Shown here: positions 52,154 through 64,000 of the stretch, in pieces
How the letters are laid out: every line of letters begins with the position of its first letter
Position numbering within the stretch: position 1 is the first letter of the stretch
Assembly (NCBI GenBank): GCA_951406725.2
Contig: OX597823.1
Coordinates: 65,224,001 to 65,288,000 of the forward strand
Direction of reading: 5' to 3'
From: Octopus vulgaris
Lineage: Eukaryota
DNA length: 64,000 bases
Notes under the pieces: model-generated
Seen by the model: only the letters and a program-made list of their open reading frames with translations
Told to the model about the DNA's origin: nothing
Database searches by the model: none
Position numbers and translations under genes: made by a program

Positions 52154-53148
52154 ATAGATAGATAGATATCTATTAGATATATCTTAACAGTCGAGTCTAC
52201 AAAATGTTTCGTCATCCTTGTGCCACCTAATCACTGATTAAGTTCAACCGTATCTGTGTATATGATGTCAGATGACTTTTGGTAAATAAACCATCTAACA
52301 TTAATCACTTTTTATAAGATTCATGCTTTGCACAGCGCACTGTTATTAAGGTTATGCTCCTACGAGATATCGCTGCAATTGCAATGTTCTACAAAATGCA
52401 TTGGTAATCATAGCTCATCTAATCTCATGATTATGCTACCATTGTATTATAAACGAAAACACTGGATGAAGGGAAACAACTTAATATTTGCCAATACCCG
52501 TTTATAGCGGATGTTTTTACACAAAATATCATCCTACTTCAGATATTAACTGTTGTAATCATCGTCATCGTCAGCGTCATCACCATCAGCATTCGCATCA
52601 TAATCTACGCAGTCGTTGCCGTCGTGGTAGTAGTCGTGTTGCTTAATATTCATTCTGTTTAGAGTGTATTCATTCTTTCTCTCTGTCATGTTGTTTTTTT
52701 TTCTGAGTAGACATTTAGAAGAGTTGTAGTAGTAGTAATGAAGTGAATCGTCGCCGACCAGATTAGATAGTGTTATTCTTTTTTTCAAAAAATAAGGTTT
52801 TATAGTTAGGTGATGAAAGTAAAAACAGATGAAAGAACCCGTCACAAAACAAAAAAAGTAATTGAAAACTGCGACTGTAAAATGGTTTTTATTGGTTTAG
52901 AAATGGTAGTCAGGTTGCTGTAGAGACAAAAACAGAAAACTTTATTCAAAGTGCATTTCATTTGTCCCTTCGCTGTATTTCTCTTTTATAAAAATAATGT
53001 AATGTGCGGATGTTCTGTGACAAAGCGACGCTTTCAGGCTCATGTGTGTATATATACGCATATCTATCTATCTATCTATCTATCTAACTAGCTAGCTAGA
53101 TACACATAAACATATATAAATGCTATATAATATACACACACATATATA

Positions 53149-53198
<50 letters not shown>

Positions 53199-53889
53199 TG
53201 AATGGGTACAGGACGTCGGACAAGCAAACACAGAGAAAGGACCCGTCATCACTTGTCGGGTATCTATCTACTCATGACTTCAAGCATTCAAGGACAATAT
53301 GAATTTTCAAAGACGGTTGCCCCCATAAATTCTAAAAGTAAAATTTAGGATTTATGGAGCGTCAAAGTTCGGAACAAAAACATGACAGTGAAGATATACA
53401 AGGAAATCGAACAAAAATAGATATGGAGTGTCCTCAGACCTGAAAGAGAGGAAAATAGTGAACGGTGGGAGAAACACTTTTCTTTTAAAGAGTAAATATA
53501 GAAGAGAGAGAATAAAACATACTTGACTTTTACAGAAACAACTTTGTTTCTTTTCTGTGAGAAGATTCCTTTTGAAATTTTTGGGTTTAGAACTTGTCTT
53601 CGCCTGTTTTTGTCAAGAACACCTCTGTGAAGTATATAAGTATTTGTAGCAAAATACACGTCGGACTTTTAGCATATATATATTTATATATATAGCCGAA
53701 ATTGCAAAGATAATCTGGAACTCGACTGAGAAAAGAAAACTCCGAATGACCCGTCCTTGTTTTCCTTGTATCGTCTATCTAGATGTTTTCTTGTCCCTTT
53801 TTTGTATCACGTGTCTGGATGTTTTGCGTTCTTGTTCCATTTTGTATTTTCTATATACAATATATATATATTGTTTATGGAAACACTAA

Positions 53890-54205
53890 CATTCTGCCGG
53901 TTACGATGACAATGTTTCAAGTTGATCCGATCAACTGAACGCGCAGCTCGTGAAACTAACTTGCAAGTGGGCTAGCTCCCTACTGACACGCGTACACTTA
54001 ACGTACACCCAGCGAGATTCAGCGTGATATAGAATGTGACACGGCTCGTGCTATGAGTTACGGGTACAACTCATATTTTCCCGTTGAGTGGACTGAAGCA
54101 ACGTGAATTAAAGTGAGTTGCTCAAGAACACAACGCACCACTAGGAATCAAACTAACAACCTTAAGATCGTCAGCTAACTACCAAAATCACAAAACCATG
54201 TACAT
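53890..54205 (-). mobile_element. Diverged SINE (family C-type)
   Basis: Reverse-complement similarity to 62555-62948 and 11328-11620. Confidence 0.6.
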
Positions 54206-56044
54206 TCACTTACATTTATAAGTGCTTACTAAATGCACCCTGCAGAAGTAACTTATGAAATATAAAATACCACATTGTTGGTAATACTTTCTTCTACTGC
54301 TAAACCAGAGTTCAAACAACTACAATAAGTAAATCTGTCATCTTCTTTGACAGATTTGAATACACGTGTGAAGGTTAAAAAACATTTCGTACATCCTCTC
54401 TTTTCATTAGTTTTCTTTGAAAATCTGTGTTGTTAGATTAAGAACGGTTTCTATGTTGCGAAGAATTTATGCAGCATGCACTGATTTAAGTACCCTAGCC
54501 GATCATCTGGTTTGCCTTAATGCATGATATCAGGTCTGCTCTTTTACAGCCTGAGTTTCTGTGCTATGTTTTCATTCCTAAAACGGGGGAACTTCTCAGT
54601 GATAGCGTTACTGCTAGAAATAGCTGACATGTCTCTTATGTATTTTTGTTTGAGTACGTCCCTGGATTTTAGAAACAAATTCAGAAATATTTATGGTCCT
54701 CGGGTTACATTGAAACACCAATGATTAAAATCGTTCGACGCAATGTTAAAAGTTTAACGTGTATAATCTCTCATTACGTAATGAGAAGCCAGTGAGGAAT
54801 TATCGCTAGAATATGTGGCGTGTAGATACAGTACACAACCATCTCATATGGTAATAATTCAGAGTCAAAACCCCATCATCCCACGAAGTCACATGGTTGT
54901 AATTTCGGTAATACAGCCATTTTTCGATTGGTTCTTTGATTTAATATATATTTTTACTAAGGATACATTCATTTAGATACGCCATTTCTTATTTAAAATT
55001 GATTTTAACGCTCATCTATTTGTCACATATAATATCCAGTTTGCTGTTGTTGCTTGTGGCGATGATTAATACCAGCGCAATGACATTCCAGAAGAGCTAT
55101 GATCAAATGAATTCCATTAACGATCATCTCATCATTTCAGTTTTCTTGTGGATTTATCTATGACTGTATATGTATATTCAATATCCCTTTTTTGATAAAA
55201 CACTAGGATAGTGTTTATTGATGGGCATTTGGCTGCTGTTTCTAGTTGGTTACCGGTGCTATTTCTAGTTCCATTGAGAATTTTTTGTGCCAGTAACGAA
55301 AGTATAAGATGTGCATTCAACCAAAAATATATACTTGGACGAAATTTAGACAAAAGATAAAATATAGCAAAGCACAAACATAATGATACACTTGTACAAA
55401 ACTCTCATAGACTCACGATGCTCAGTAAACACAGAAAAACAAATATGAAATAGAATAAAGGAATAACTACAAAAACATAAACGATATGAATGTTAACTAG
55501 AGTAACAAATACACAATAACCTTATTCACTGTTTAGGAAATCAATGGAAGAAAATAAATCAAAATACCTCAAAATATGACACAACAAAAGGAGAGGAAAC
55601 CGGTTGGTTGGGGAGGGTGAAGTTTAAGTTGCTTTTATTTTTCGCGAACCAACTGATGATTCTTCGTAGAATCCCAATAATCATTATGCTCTACATGAAT
55701 CTGAAGAGTTGTATAATAATCTATATTCAAGAATGTCTTATTTCTTTCGCTCCAGAGAGTCCTTTTCTCACCATCTTTATATTGTTCTTCAGAATAGAGA
55801 AATCTGTGTTTTGTCTTCTCCTTTCTTCGTCGTCTTTTACTTCTGTGTTTTATTCGTGTGTTTTCAGGGACCTTTGAAAGCTATGATTTCCACAACTATA
55901 TAAATGCATTTTAAATGATATACATACATGCATACATATATCTATATATGTATGTGTGCGCATACACGTCTGTATGTATATACACACATGCAGACTTATA
56001 CATTTATGTATTATTATATATATCATGTATGTGACATATACATA

Positions 56045-56089
<45 letters not shown>

Positions 56090-56109
<20 letters not shown>

Positions 56110-56932
56110 TTATATATATGTATATAAATATATATATTTATTTATATATATATATGCACATACATATATATGCATATATACATACACCTACTTTTTATGT
56201 GTGTCTAGTTGCAAGGAATTGGTGGTTGAATAGCTTTTATATCAAATTCAATATCGTAAGTTATATGCTATTATAGCTAACATGTTTTCTCTTTGCGATT
56301 TTTCTATCATCACTCTTTCGTATCAAACTCATTCATTCTTTCCATTTCTATAGCAAATACTAATAAAAATAATTTTGAGATAAAAACCAAAACAGTCGGT
56401 AACCAAATACAATTAAAGGAAATTTTAAAAAATAACATAAAAAGAATGCAAAAGATGTCTAGTAGAATAATGCTATAATCTTTTCAGGAAATGAAACAAT
56501 TGTGAACAATTCATATCTTTTGATATATGTATTTACGATAAAGAATTATTTGCATTATACCTTGTAACGAACAATTATCTAATGTACATCGGAATATTCT
56601 CTAATTTATAACATTGAGACAGACATGAAAGCTTTTTTATATACTTTGTTTTCATGGAATTAACTTTATATCAAAGATGCAGACGTCTTTTCAAGTTTAA
56701 AATGTTTCTTTCTGAATGAAGTTAAAAAAAAACATCTGATCGTTATGTTTTCTTTTGTTGTTGGGTAGCCGTCGGTCAGTCCTGTTCTAACATACCTAAA
56801 GATTAAAGAAAGTTCGACCATGTACACCTCTATATCCCTGTCATTTTTCACTTATTTTTTGTTTGTGTGGTTGTGTTCAGACATAATCTATATATTTATA
56901 TATATGTATATAAATATATATATTTATATATA

Positions 56933-56972
<40 letters not shown>

Positions 56973-56999
56973 TACATACATATATATATGCATATATAC

Positions 57000-57030
<31 letters not shown>

Positions 57031-57112
57031 GCACATACATACATATATATGCATATATGCATATATATATTTATATATATATATATATATATGCACATAC
57101 ATACATATATGC

Positions 57113-57167
<55 letters not shown>

Positions 57168-57260
57168 TACATACATATATATGCATATATACATACACCT
57201 ACTTTTATGTGTGTCTAGTTGCAAGGAATTGGTGTAGCTTTTATATAAAATTCAATACAT
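56090..57260 (+). repeat. Local direct duplication with compound AT-rich minisatellite (about 56090-56255 and 56890-57260)
   Basis: Both end in catacacctactttt(t)atgtgtgtctagttgcaaggaattggtg..tagcttttatat.aaattcaata. The second copy has three gcacatacatacatatatatgcatatata units. Confidence 0.8.
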
Positions 57261-58048
57261 AATGTATCTAAAATTGCATGATGAAATGTGTCTTTTATTA
57301 GAGATAAACATGATTTGGAGCAGATCTAACTGCTCTTTCTAGCATTCCCAGAAACGTTTGTGAGATGTGATTTAGTTCATTTCTTTCTATGTGTAAATAT
57401 AACAATAGGTCTATTTCTATTTCGGTTTTTTCTTTCGTTGATCTGACCGGAAAGGAATCAAAATGAAAACACTGAATAGTATTGATAAAGTTAAATTCAG
57501 TCATAATGTTCAAGATATGAAAGATATATTTTAAAAAGTACATAATGAACGGTGGTGCCCCAGTATAACCACAACTTTAAAGCCGAATCAATTTAAAGAT
57601 TTAAAGAACACTTTTGGCCGCAGCCAAAATATGACTTCAATTAGAATGTCACAAGACAAAGGAAACTCGGCACTTAACATAAACAACCTATTTACAATCA
57701 CATAAATTCAGGTTCGATCGTGCACATCAATGCATTAAGCATGTGCTTTCTACTAAAGCTTACACTCGATTATAAGTGAAATTTGCTAGAGAGTACCAGA
57801 ACAAATATCGTCATAGATAGATAGTTTGAATGATTGATTGATTTCGCTTAGGCATATTACAAAAGGTAAATGGTAAAGGCATATTACATATGTATGCATA
57901 ATATATGTGTTTCCGTGTTAGCTTCCATGTTTATGAGTGAATGATGATATCTACGTTTACACTCTATAACAATTGTTGTTGTCGGCTAACTGGTGATAAG
58001 GTTTTAACATTAAAATCATTATAAATGATCATTGGAATTTATATAAAA

Positions 58049-58434
58049 CTAGCAGTATCGCCCGGCGTTGCTCGGGTTTGTAAGGGAAATAACTATAAAG
58101 CATTTTTAGAGAGTTATAGCCAAAAAATAGCAAAAAAATGGGAAAAAAATTGATGGTAAATTTTTTTTTGATAGTTAAAAAGGTCGAGTTGCGTCCCCTA
58201 GACCATCTGCGGTTTGTGTTTCTGATTGTCGACCCCATGTCGAATTTATCGATCTTTTTCAGAACTGGGGGAACTTTTCAAAATTTTCGCTGCGTTAGTT
58301 TTGCATTATGACATTGGGCTATGTGTGTGTCAAGTCTCATCAGAATCGGTTGAAAGCCGTGGTCAGAGTGAGGGTACAACCAAACAGACACACAGAAACA
58401 CACACAGACAAACTGCCGTTTATATATAGAGAGA
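58049..58434 (-). mobile_element. Non-autonomous Helitron with the same 3' terminus as 46104-46491
   Basis: Identical ctagcagtatcgcccggcgttgctcgggtttgt end; 5' end A|TCTCTCTATATATAAACGGCAG; the body differs from 46104-46491. Confidence 0.75.
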
Positions 58435-58689
58435 TAAATATCAAATCCTCGTCGTTGAGAGATAAAATGTGTAGGGATTAAAGGTTTAACATGATGAAAT
58501 GACTGCAAATATATATATGTAAAATTATAGAAAACCCTGGGCCGATCTTAGGCATGTGAGTGGATTTGGTAGGCAGAAAGTGAAAGAAGCCTGTTAAATA
58601 CAAAGTGCGTAAGCTATATGAGGACAGATTTATGTTTATAAAAATGACAAATATATAATAACAGATAATAAGATTATTTATCAAAAAAT

Positions 58690-59865
58690 GCTATGGGGAT
58701 AAAAAATAAACGTTCTTTTCTATAAAGTTATTCACTTAAGCCACCTTCACCTTCAACAACTGCTTCCATATGATATCTAAATCATCTACATGCTCGAATC
58801 AAGTGGTCCTGGTTCATTTTGGACATTACTCTGACTATGGCAGCATCCAAAGAATCTTTTGTTGTTATGAGCGTGTTCATTGGCCTCTCTCTCGACAACA
58901 CTCCATATATATTAGTCCAATTGACTGAGATATGGCGAATTAAGAGGCCAAATGCTAGAGGTATGTGATCATGAACATTTTCAGCCATCCTCTCCTTTTT
59001 ACTAGAGACATGAGTGATAATGCAGAGTTTTGTTGAAGCACATGTCCCTCCTTTGCATATACTGTCTATTCAGAGCTTAACAATTATTTCTAGGAAGACA
59101 ATGTAGGCGGCATAGTTAACTATAAGGCTTTTGGAATGAAATAAGGAGGTACCAGATGTCCTTTATTGCTGACAACCCCTAAAATCATGACAGTTGCAGG
59201 AAATTTTGTATGCATAACACTTGGAACTTCCGAAGGGTCTGCACATAACCATCTGTCATTTCTTCTATTAACTTTTCGATCTTGGTTGAAGTTTATCTCG
59301 TTTGAGAAAAAAAACACATCAAATCTTCTGCTCGATTTTTGAGTTTGTTCAAGAGCCTTTTAGATTTGATGTGATTTTCTTTTGCTTTTACTAACAAATT
59401 GACCTTTCCTCAGCATATAAGACTTATATCTGATCTTGTGGACAGCATTTCTGAATGTTCCTTCTGGCATATGGAGATCTTTTGCAATTGACCCATGGAC
59501 TTTCTTGGATTGGAATAAATGGTCTGTTGAACTTGCTGGATAAATTCCGGTGTTTTGATGGGTTCAGAGCATTTAGAATGCTTTTTATGCTTTGATGCTG
59601 ACGATACCTTTCCATCTTCAGTCTTCATCTCCTTACAAACTTTGTAGACGAAAGAGCTGGCAACTTTTAAAAATTGAGATACTTCTAAATCGTTATGCGC
59701 CACCTTTATAACCACCATAACAGCATGCCTCTCTCTTCATTTTTTGAGTATGCTGAGGATGGTCCGCCATTATTATTTTCTGAAACAAAGATTATACAGA
59801 ATTAGCAAAACATGCTGCAGTGAACCAAAAAATACTATGTTCTCAAATAACTGACGTACCCTAAG
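58690..59865 (-). mobile_element. Decayed Tc1/mariner (maT/DD37D-like) DNA transposon
   Basis: Transposase remnants: HTH region (EVSQFLKVASSFVYKVCKE), FFSNEINFNQDRKVNRRNDRWL..VPSVMHTKFPATVMILGVVS..PPYF, and NIYGVLSRE..SLDAAIVRVMSKMNQDHLIRAC. Multiple frameshifts; ends are approximate. Confidence 0.8.
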
Positions 59866-59869
59866 CACC

Positions 59870-60059
59870 ACCAGCTCAAATATTGTCTCCTCTGTCTTCC
59901 CTCCTTGGGATCTTTCCTTCTCCTTGTTTCCGACGAAGAGCTCCGCTCGAAACGTTAAACCCTCCTTCCCTTCTTTCCTGAGCGTCAATAATACTTCAAT
60001 TGTTCCACGTCCTGCGTTGCTGTGTTTTTTTCTTTTTTTCTGTGTTTTCTTGTTTGGAT

Positions 60060-60062
<3 letters not shown>
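59870..60062 (+). repeat. Penelope-like pLTR fragment with hammerhead-like variant core
   Basis: ccgacga-a-gagctccgctc-gaaacgtta followed by ctgagcgtcaataatac..aattgtt; related to the repeat at 20210-20450. Confidence 0.5.
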
Positions 60063-60121
<59 letters not shown>

Positions 60122-60519
60122 TAAAAGGGGTGGTGGTTTGTGTGTGTGTTTGAGTATGTGTTTATGTATATATTTCTCTCCTGCCACTATTTACACTATT
60201 TAACAACAGGTGTTGGTGTGTTTAGGACCCCCATAGCGTAGCCGACAAATAATATATGCCTTTCTAAGGTCTATCAAATTTACTCACAAGACATTACACG
60301 GTCCCAATCTATCACTGAAGACACTTGTCCAAAGCTTTTAAACTCACTCACACATACACACTTCTGTGTATGTGGACAACGCACAGCAGAAATTCATATT
60401 AACCCTACCTGTGTGAGAAGTATAAAAACGTAAACACTTTACTCCTCTTCCTTTGTTGTTTTTACTAGAGAAAATTTGGACTCTATATAATGCACGCATG
60501 AATTAGGGTGCCCTCAAGC

Positions 60520-60724
60520 TGATGGTTTAAATCACATAGTTTCATGATTAATGACTTTCCCGTAATTAAACAATATATATTTTTCGTTTTCCGTATAAGT
60601 TAGTGAATCAGTGAAACTGAATTGATTTAAATATTGCAAAACCTAACTGTTATAGAAATCTATGAATGTAAATATTTTCCACGCTTTGGTATGTGGAAAG
60701 TATATACACACACATATACATATA

Positions 60725-60800
<76 letters not shown>

Positions 60801-63530
60801 CTGTATTTGTCCTTTACATGCATACTTATATTTTTCATATTTTCCCATGGTGTGTTATAGCTTTTGCCGGACTGCTTCAACATTTCCAAAGCGGATAAAG
60901 AATCAAGAGAAAAATATGCGATACAACAGTGAGTACGAACTATTACCATAATTTCAGCATTTTTGTGGTAGGCACTGTACAATAAACAGAATGTAAAATA
61001 TTTATTTCTCAAATAATACTAAGCACATCTTACGGCAGAATTTCAACTACAGTTTCATGATGTTGAATACGCAAGAGATATTTTCAGCTATGTTTATTTG
61101 TTTGCTTATCCCTGGAAGCTAATATATTGTATGTTAACAATTACTTTTTGTCGCTTGTATTTAATCTGTAAAACTTTTTTCTTCTATTCGTTATTTTATT
61201 AGCTAAAGATCTGATTTTATTTCGCTCTGTATTCATATTCCTCCCACCACTCCTGGGATTGGTGTGAACTGCATTGCATCTACCACAAATTTGTAGTTTC
61301 ATGTTATAAACTCCATGTTATGTCTTCAATTCCAGACAATGCTTGATAGCCCAATGAATTTATTTGAAAATTATATTGAAACTATCGTTAATTGCTGCAA
61401 TGATTAATGTATATATTTTAGTTTACTTTTTTTAGTCTTTGTTTTTCTCTGTGTTTCAAATACTACTCTGAAATAAAAATGATTCTAAAAAACAGCCAAG
61501 AGAGACGAGAAAAGTAAGCAGAATAAGCAATGTTCCTGGAATCGGTTGAGAAGAAGCAACCCCGAATCTTTAGGTGGAGTTTGCGAATGCATGCGTCTAC
61601 GTTATTCATAACCGCTTGACTGCGTTTATTTGTTAGAAATTTAATCCGATCAGCTTGGTGGCATTTGCTCATTCATATTTCATTCCGTTTGTATAATTAT
61701 AATCATTGATTTACCTTTGCATAAATACTCAGGTATGAAATGAGCCACCAGCCGTCACTTTTTTTTTGCAATTAAAATATATTATCGCACAACATTCCTT
61801 CTTATCTCTCCCTTCTTTCCCGATAATTCCTCCCCTCCGCCACCTCCTCCTCTTCATCCTCCTCCTCCTCCTCACCATCACCACCACCAACACCACCACC
61901 AACACCACCATCATCATCATCATCATCATCATCATCACCATCATCAACATTAGTGGCATCAGGTTTTCAACATTCCTCGCACAACATAATTTTGCACCCC
62001 TCAAACTCTCTGTGCCTGAGATGTATGTAACCGTGTTTTCGTTTCTTCTTCGTGCCTGGTGGGTGGGTGCAGGGTTGTGGCTCTATAGTATATCACATTT
62101 GCTTTGTTGTGGGATTTTGTTTTTGTTGTGAGAATTGCATTATGTTATTGGATGGTGTCTGTGCTTCGAATATGTTGACTGCTACTTCTTTTAACGACCC
62201 TGATTCGATATCAGACTGGGCGGAATTTAAGCACACAATTTAAACGAATTAATGGCAAAGTCAGACTCAGCGGAATTTAAACGTAAAACGTAAAACCGGA
62301 AAAATGACCAGAAGTATTTTGGTCCGGTGTGCTAACGGTTCTGCCAACTAGTAGGTTCTGTACCCATATTAATAGCAATATGATTCCCTAAATATCCAAG
62401 AGGTCGTTGTTCAGCCTTAATTACGAGCATTTCTTTTGATTTCTTGTTTACATATATTGTTTGGAAATACTCAAAATAGAAGGCATACAGTGTCTTATAG
62501 TTTTGTTTTCTGTATAATATGTAGCATCCTGTGTCTTTATTTATGCATTGTCTTTGTGGAGGCGCAATGGCCCAGTGATTAGGGCAGCGGACTCGCGGTC
62601 GTAGGATCGCGGTTTCGATTCCCAGACCGTTTATGCGTTGTGAGTGTTTATTGAGCGAAAACACCTAAAGTTCCATGAGGCTCCGGCAGGGATGGTGGTG
62701 ATCCCTGCTGTACTCTTTCACCACAACTTTCTCTCACTCTTACTTCCTGTTTCTGTTGTACCTGTATTTCAAAGGGCCGGCCTTGTCACTCTCTGTGTCA
62801 CGCTGAATATCCCCGAGAACTACGTTAAGGGTACACGTGTCTGTGGAGTGCTCAGCCACTTACATGTTAATTTCACGAGCAGGCTGTTCTGTTGATTCGG
62901 ATCAACCGGAACCCTCGTCGTCGTAACCGACGGTGTGCTTCCATTCCCATGCATTGTCTTCACGCATGTTTAATTATTTCTAAAGTAGTTTTTAACATGC
63001 CTATTATTTCTGTTTTAAATGCTCAAAATCTTTTTTCTATTTCTAAATCTATGTGTTTCGATAGTTTCTACTCTGTCACTGAGTTATATTCTTATGTTTT
63101 GGAATTAATACTTCAATCAGTATATATTTCTTTCCCAGATGATCTCATCATCTGTACAGTATTCTTTTCTCTTCCTCACACTAAGAATTAGGCAAATCGC
63201 AGGAAATTAATTACATCTTCGTTCTTTAATATTTTCAAGTTTCTCTCTGTATCATTTTACGTCATCCATTATGGTTTAATTCGCATAATTTCATAATTAA
63301 CGACTTGCCCGTAATTAAACAAAATATCTATTTTTTTCTTTTCCGTTTAAGTTAGTGAATCAGTAAAACTGAATTGATTTAAATGTTACAAAACCTAACT
63401 GTTAGAGAAATCTATGAATGTAAATATTTTCAACGCTTTGGTAAGTGGAAAGTATATACACACATATATCCATACATGATATATATATATATATATATAT
63501 ATATATCTGTGTGTGTGTGTGTATGTGTGC
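60520..63530 (+). repeat. Local direct duplication of about 270 bp (60520-60795 and 63270-63530)
   Basis: Shared atggttta..cccgtaattaaaca..aagttagtgaatcagt..aaaacctaactgtta..gtggaaagtatatacacaca followed by (TA)n(TG)n. Confidence 0.85.
62555..62948 (+). mobile_element. tRNA-derived SINE (family C-type) with 12-bp TSD
   Basis: gtggaggcgcaatggcccagtgattagggcagcggactcgcgg..gtttcgattccc; TSD atgcattgtctt at 62543-62554 and 62949-62960. Confidence 0.9.
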
Positions 63531-64000
63531 GTGCATTTTCATCGGACTCTCTTTCTTGTGCAGGTAACATTAAGTACCTGTGTATGTTGTATACTATATT
63601 TTGGTAAAAACTACACGGTCTGCAATGACTCGTTGCTTCCTCACAACACGTATATATTCTGCAAAGCTGATCTTTACGCTGCTTCTTTGTAATGTTTTTC
63701 TACTTTCCTGGAAATTTACATGTCGACGTTTTCACTCATTAGCACTTGGAAGGTTTACTTTTCTTGTTTATAATTTCATCATTTCTCCATTCTTCTTACG
63801 GTTTTAGTTACTTCAACGTTCTCTTGAAGAGAACATTTTTTGTTTCATATTAGTTCAATTTTCTCCTTTAATATTTACTTATGCACACTGAAAGGTGATG
63901 TTTTAGAATCGTTTTCCACTGTTGAAGAAACCAATTTCCCAATGCTTGCTTTAAATCTAAATTCAATCATTATTTTCTCCTTTTATTCTTATGATTTTTT

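Noticed and set aside
54551-54630. Candidate terminal CFAP65 exon (cag|CCTGAGTTT...TGA)
   Set aside because: The peptide PEFLCYVFIPKTG... lacks the conserved C-terminal motif and overlaps repeat-like sequence.

Overview
This is an AT-rich, repeat-dense eukaryotic window, most likely from an octopus or related coleoid cephalopod. That assignment is inferred from the SINE and LINE families and the density of (TA)n, (TAA)n and (TATC)n microsatellites. Most of the window is intronic. Four phase-compatible + strand exons (10291-10428, 14942-15222, 21776-21904, 45643-45916) encode the C-terminal region of a CFAP65/CCDC108-like ciliary protein; the upstream and final exons were not found here. The introns contain tRNA-derived SINEs of at least 3 families, decayed R4/Dong-like, CR1-like, Tx1-like and Penelope-like retroelements, a maT/DD37D-type Tc1/mariner, non-autonomous Helitrons, a MITE and several long fold-backs. 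The most notable feature is a 2.25-kb retroelement (31496-33744) with a 17-bp TSD. It encodes only a Tx1/L1-type ORF1 zinc-knuckle protein and no reverse transcriptase (HAL1-like), and it sits between the A and B boxes of a SINE that is itself nested in a Dong-like LINE. Also notable are an internally deleted HERO-like element and several minimal hammerhead-ribozyme motifs in Penelope-derived repeats. Most short ORFs in the supplied track are microsatellite artefacts. All family assignments come from motifs read by eye and recalled homologues, not from database searches.
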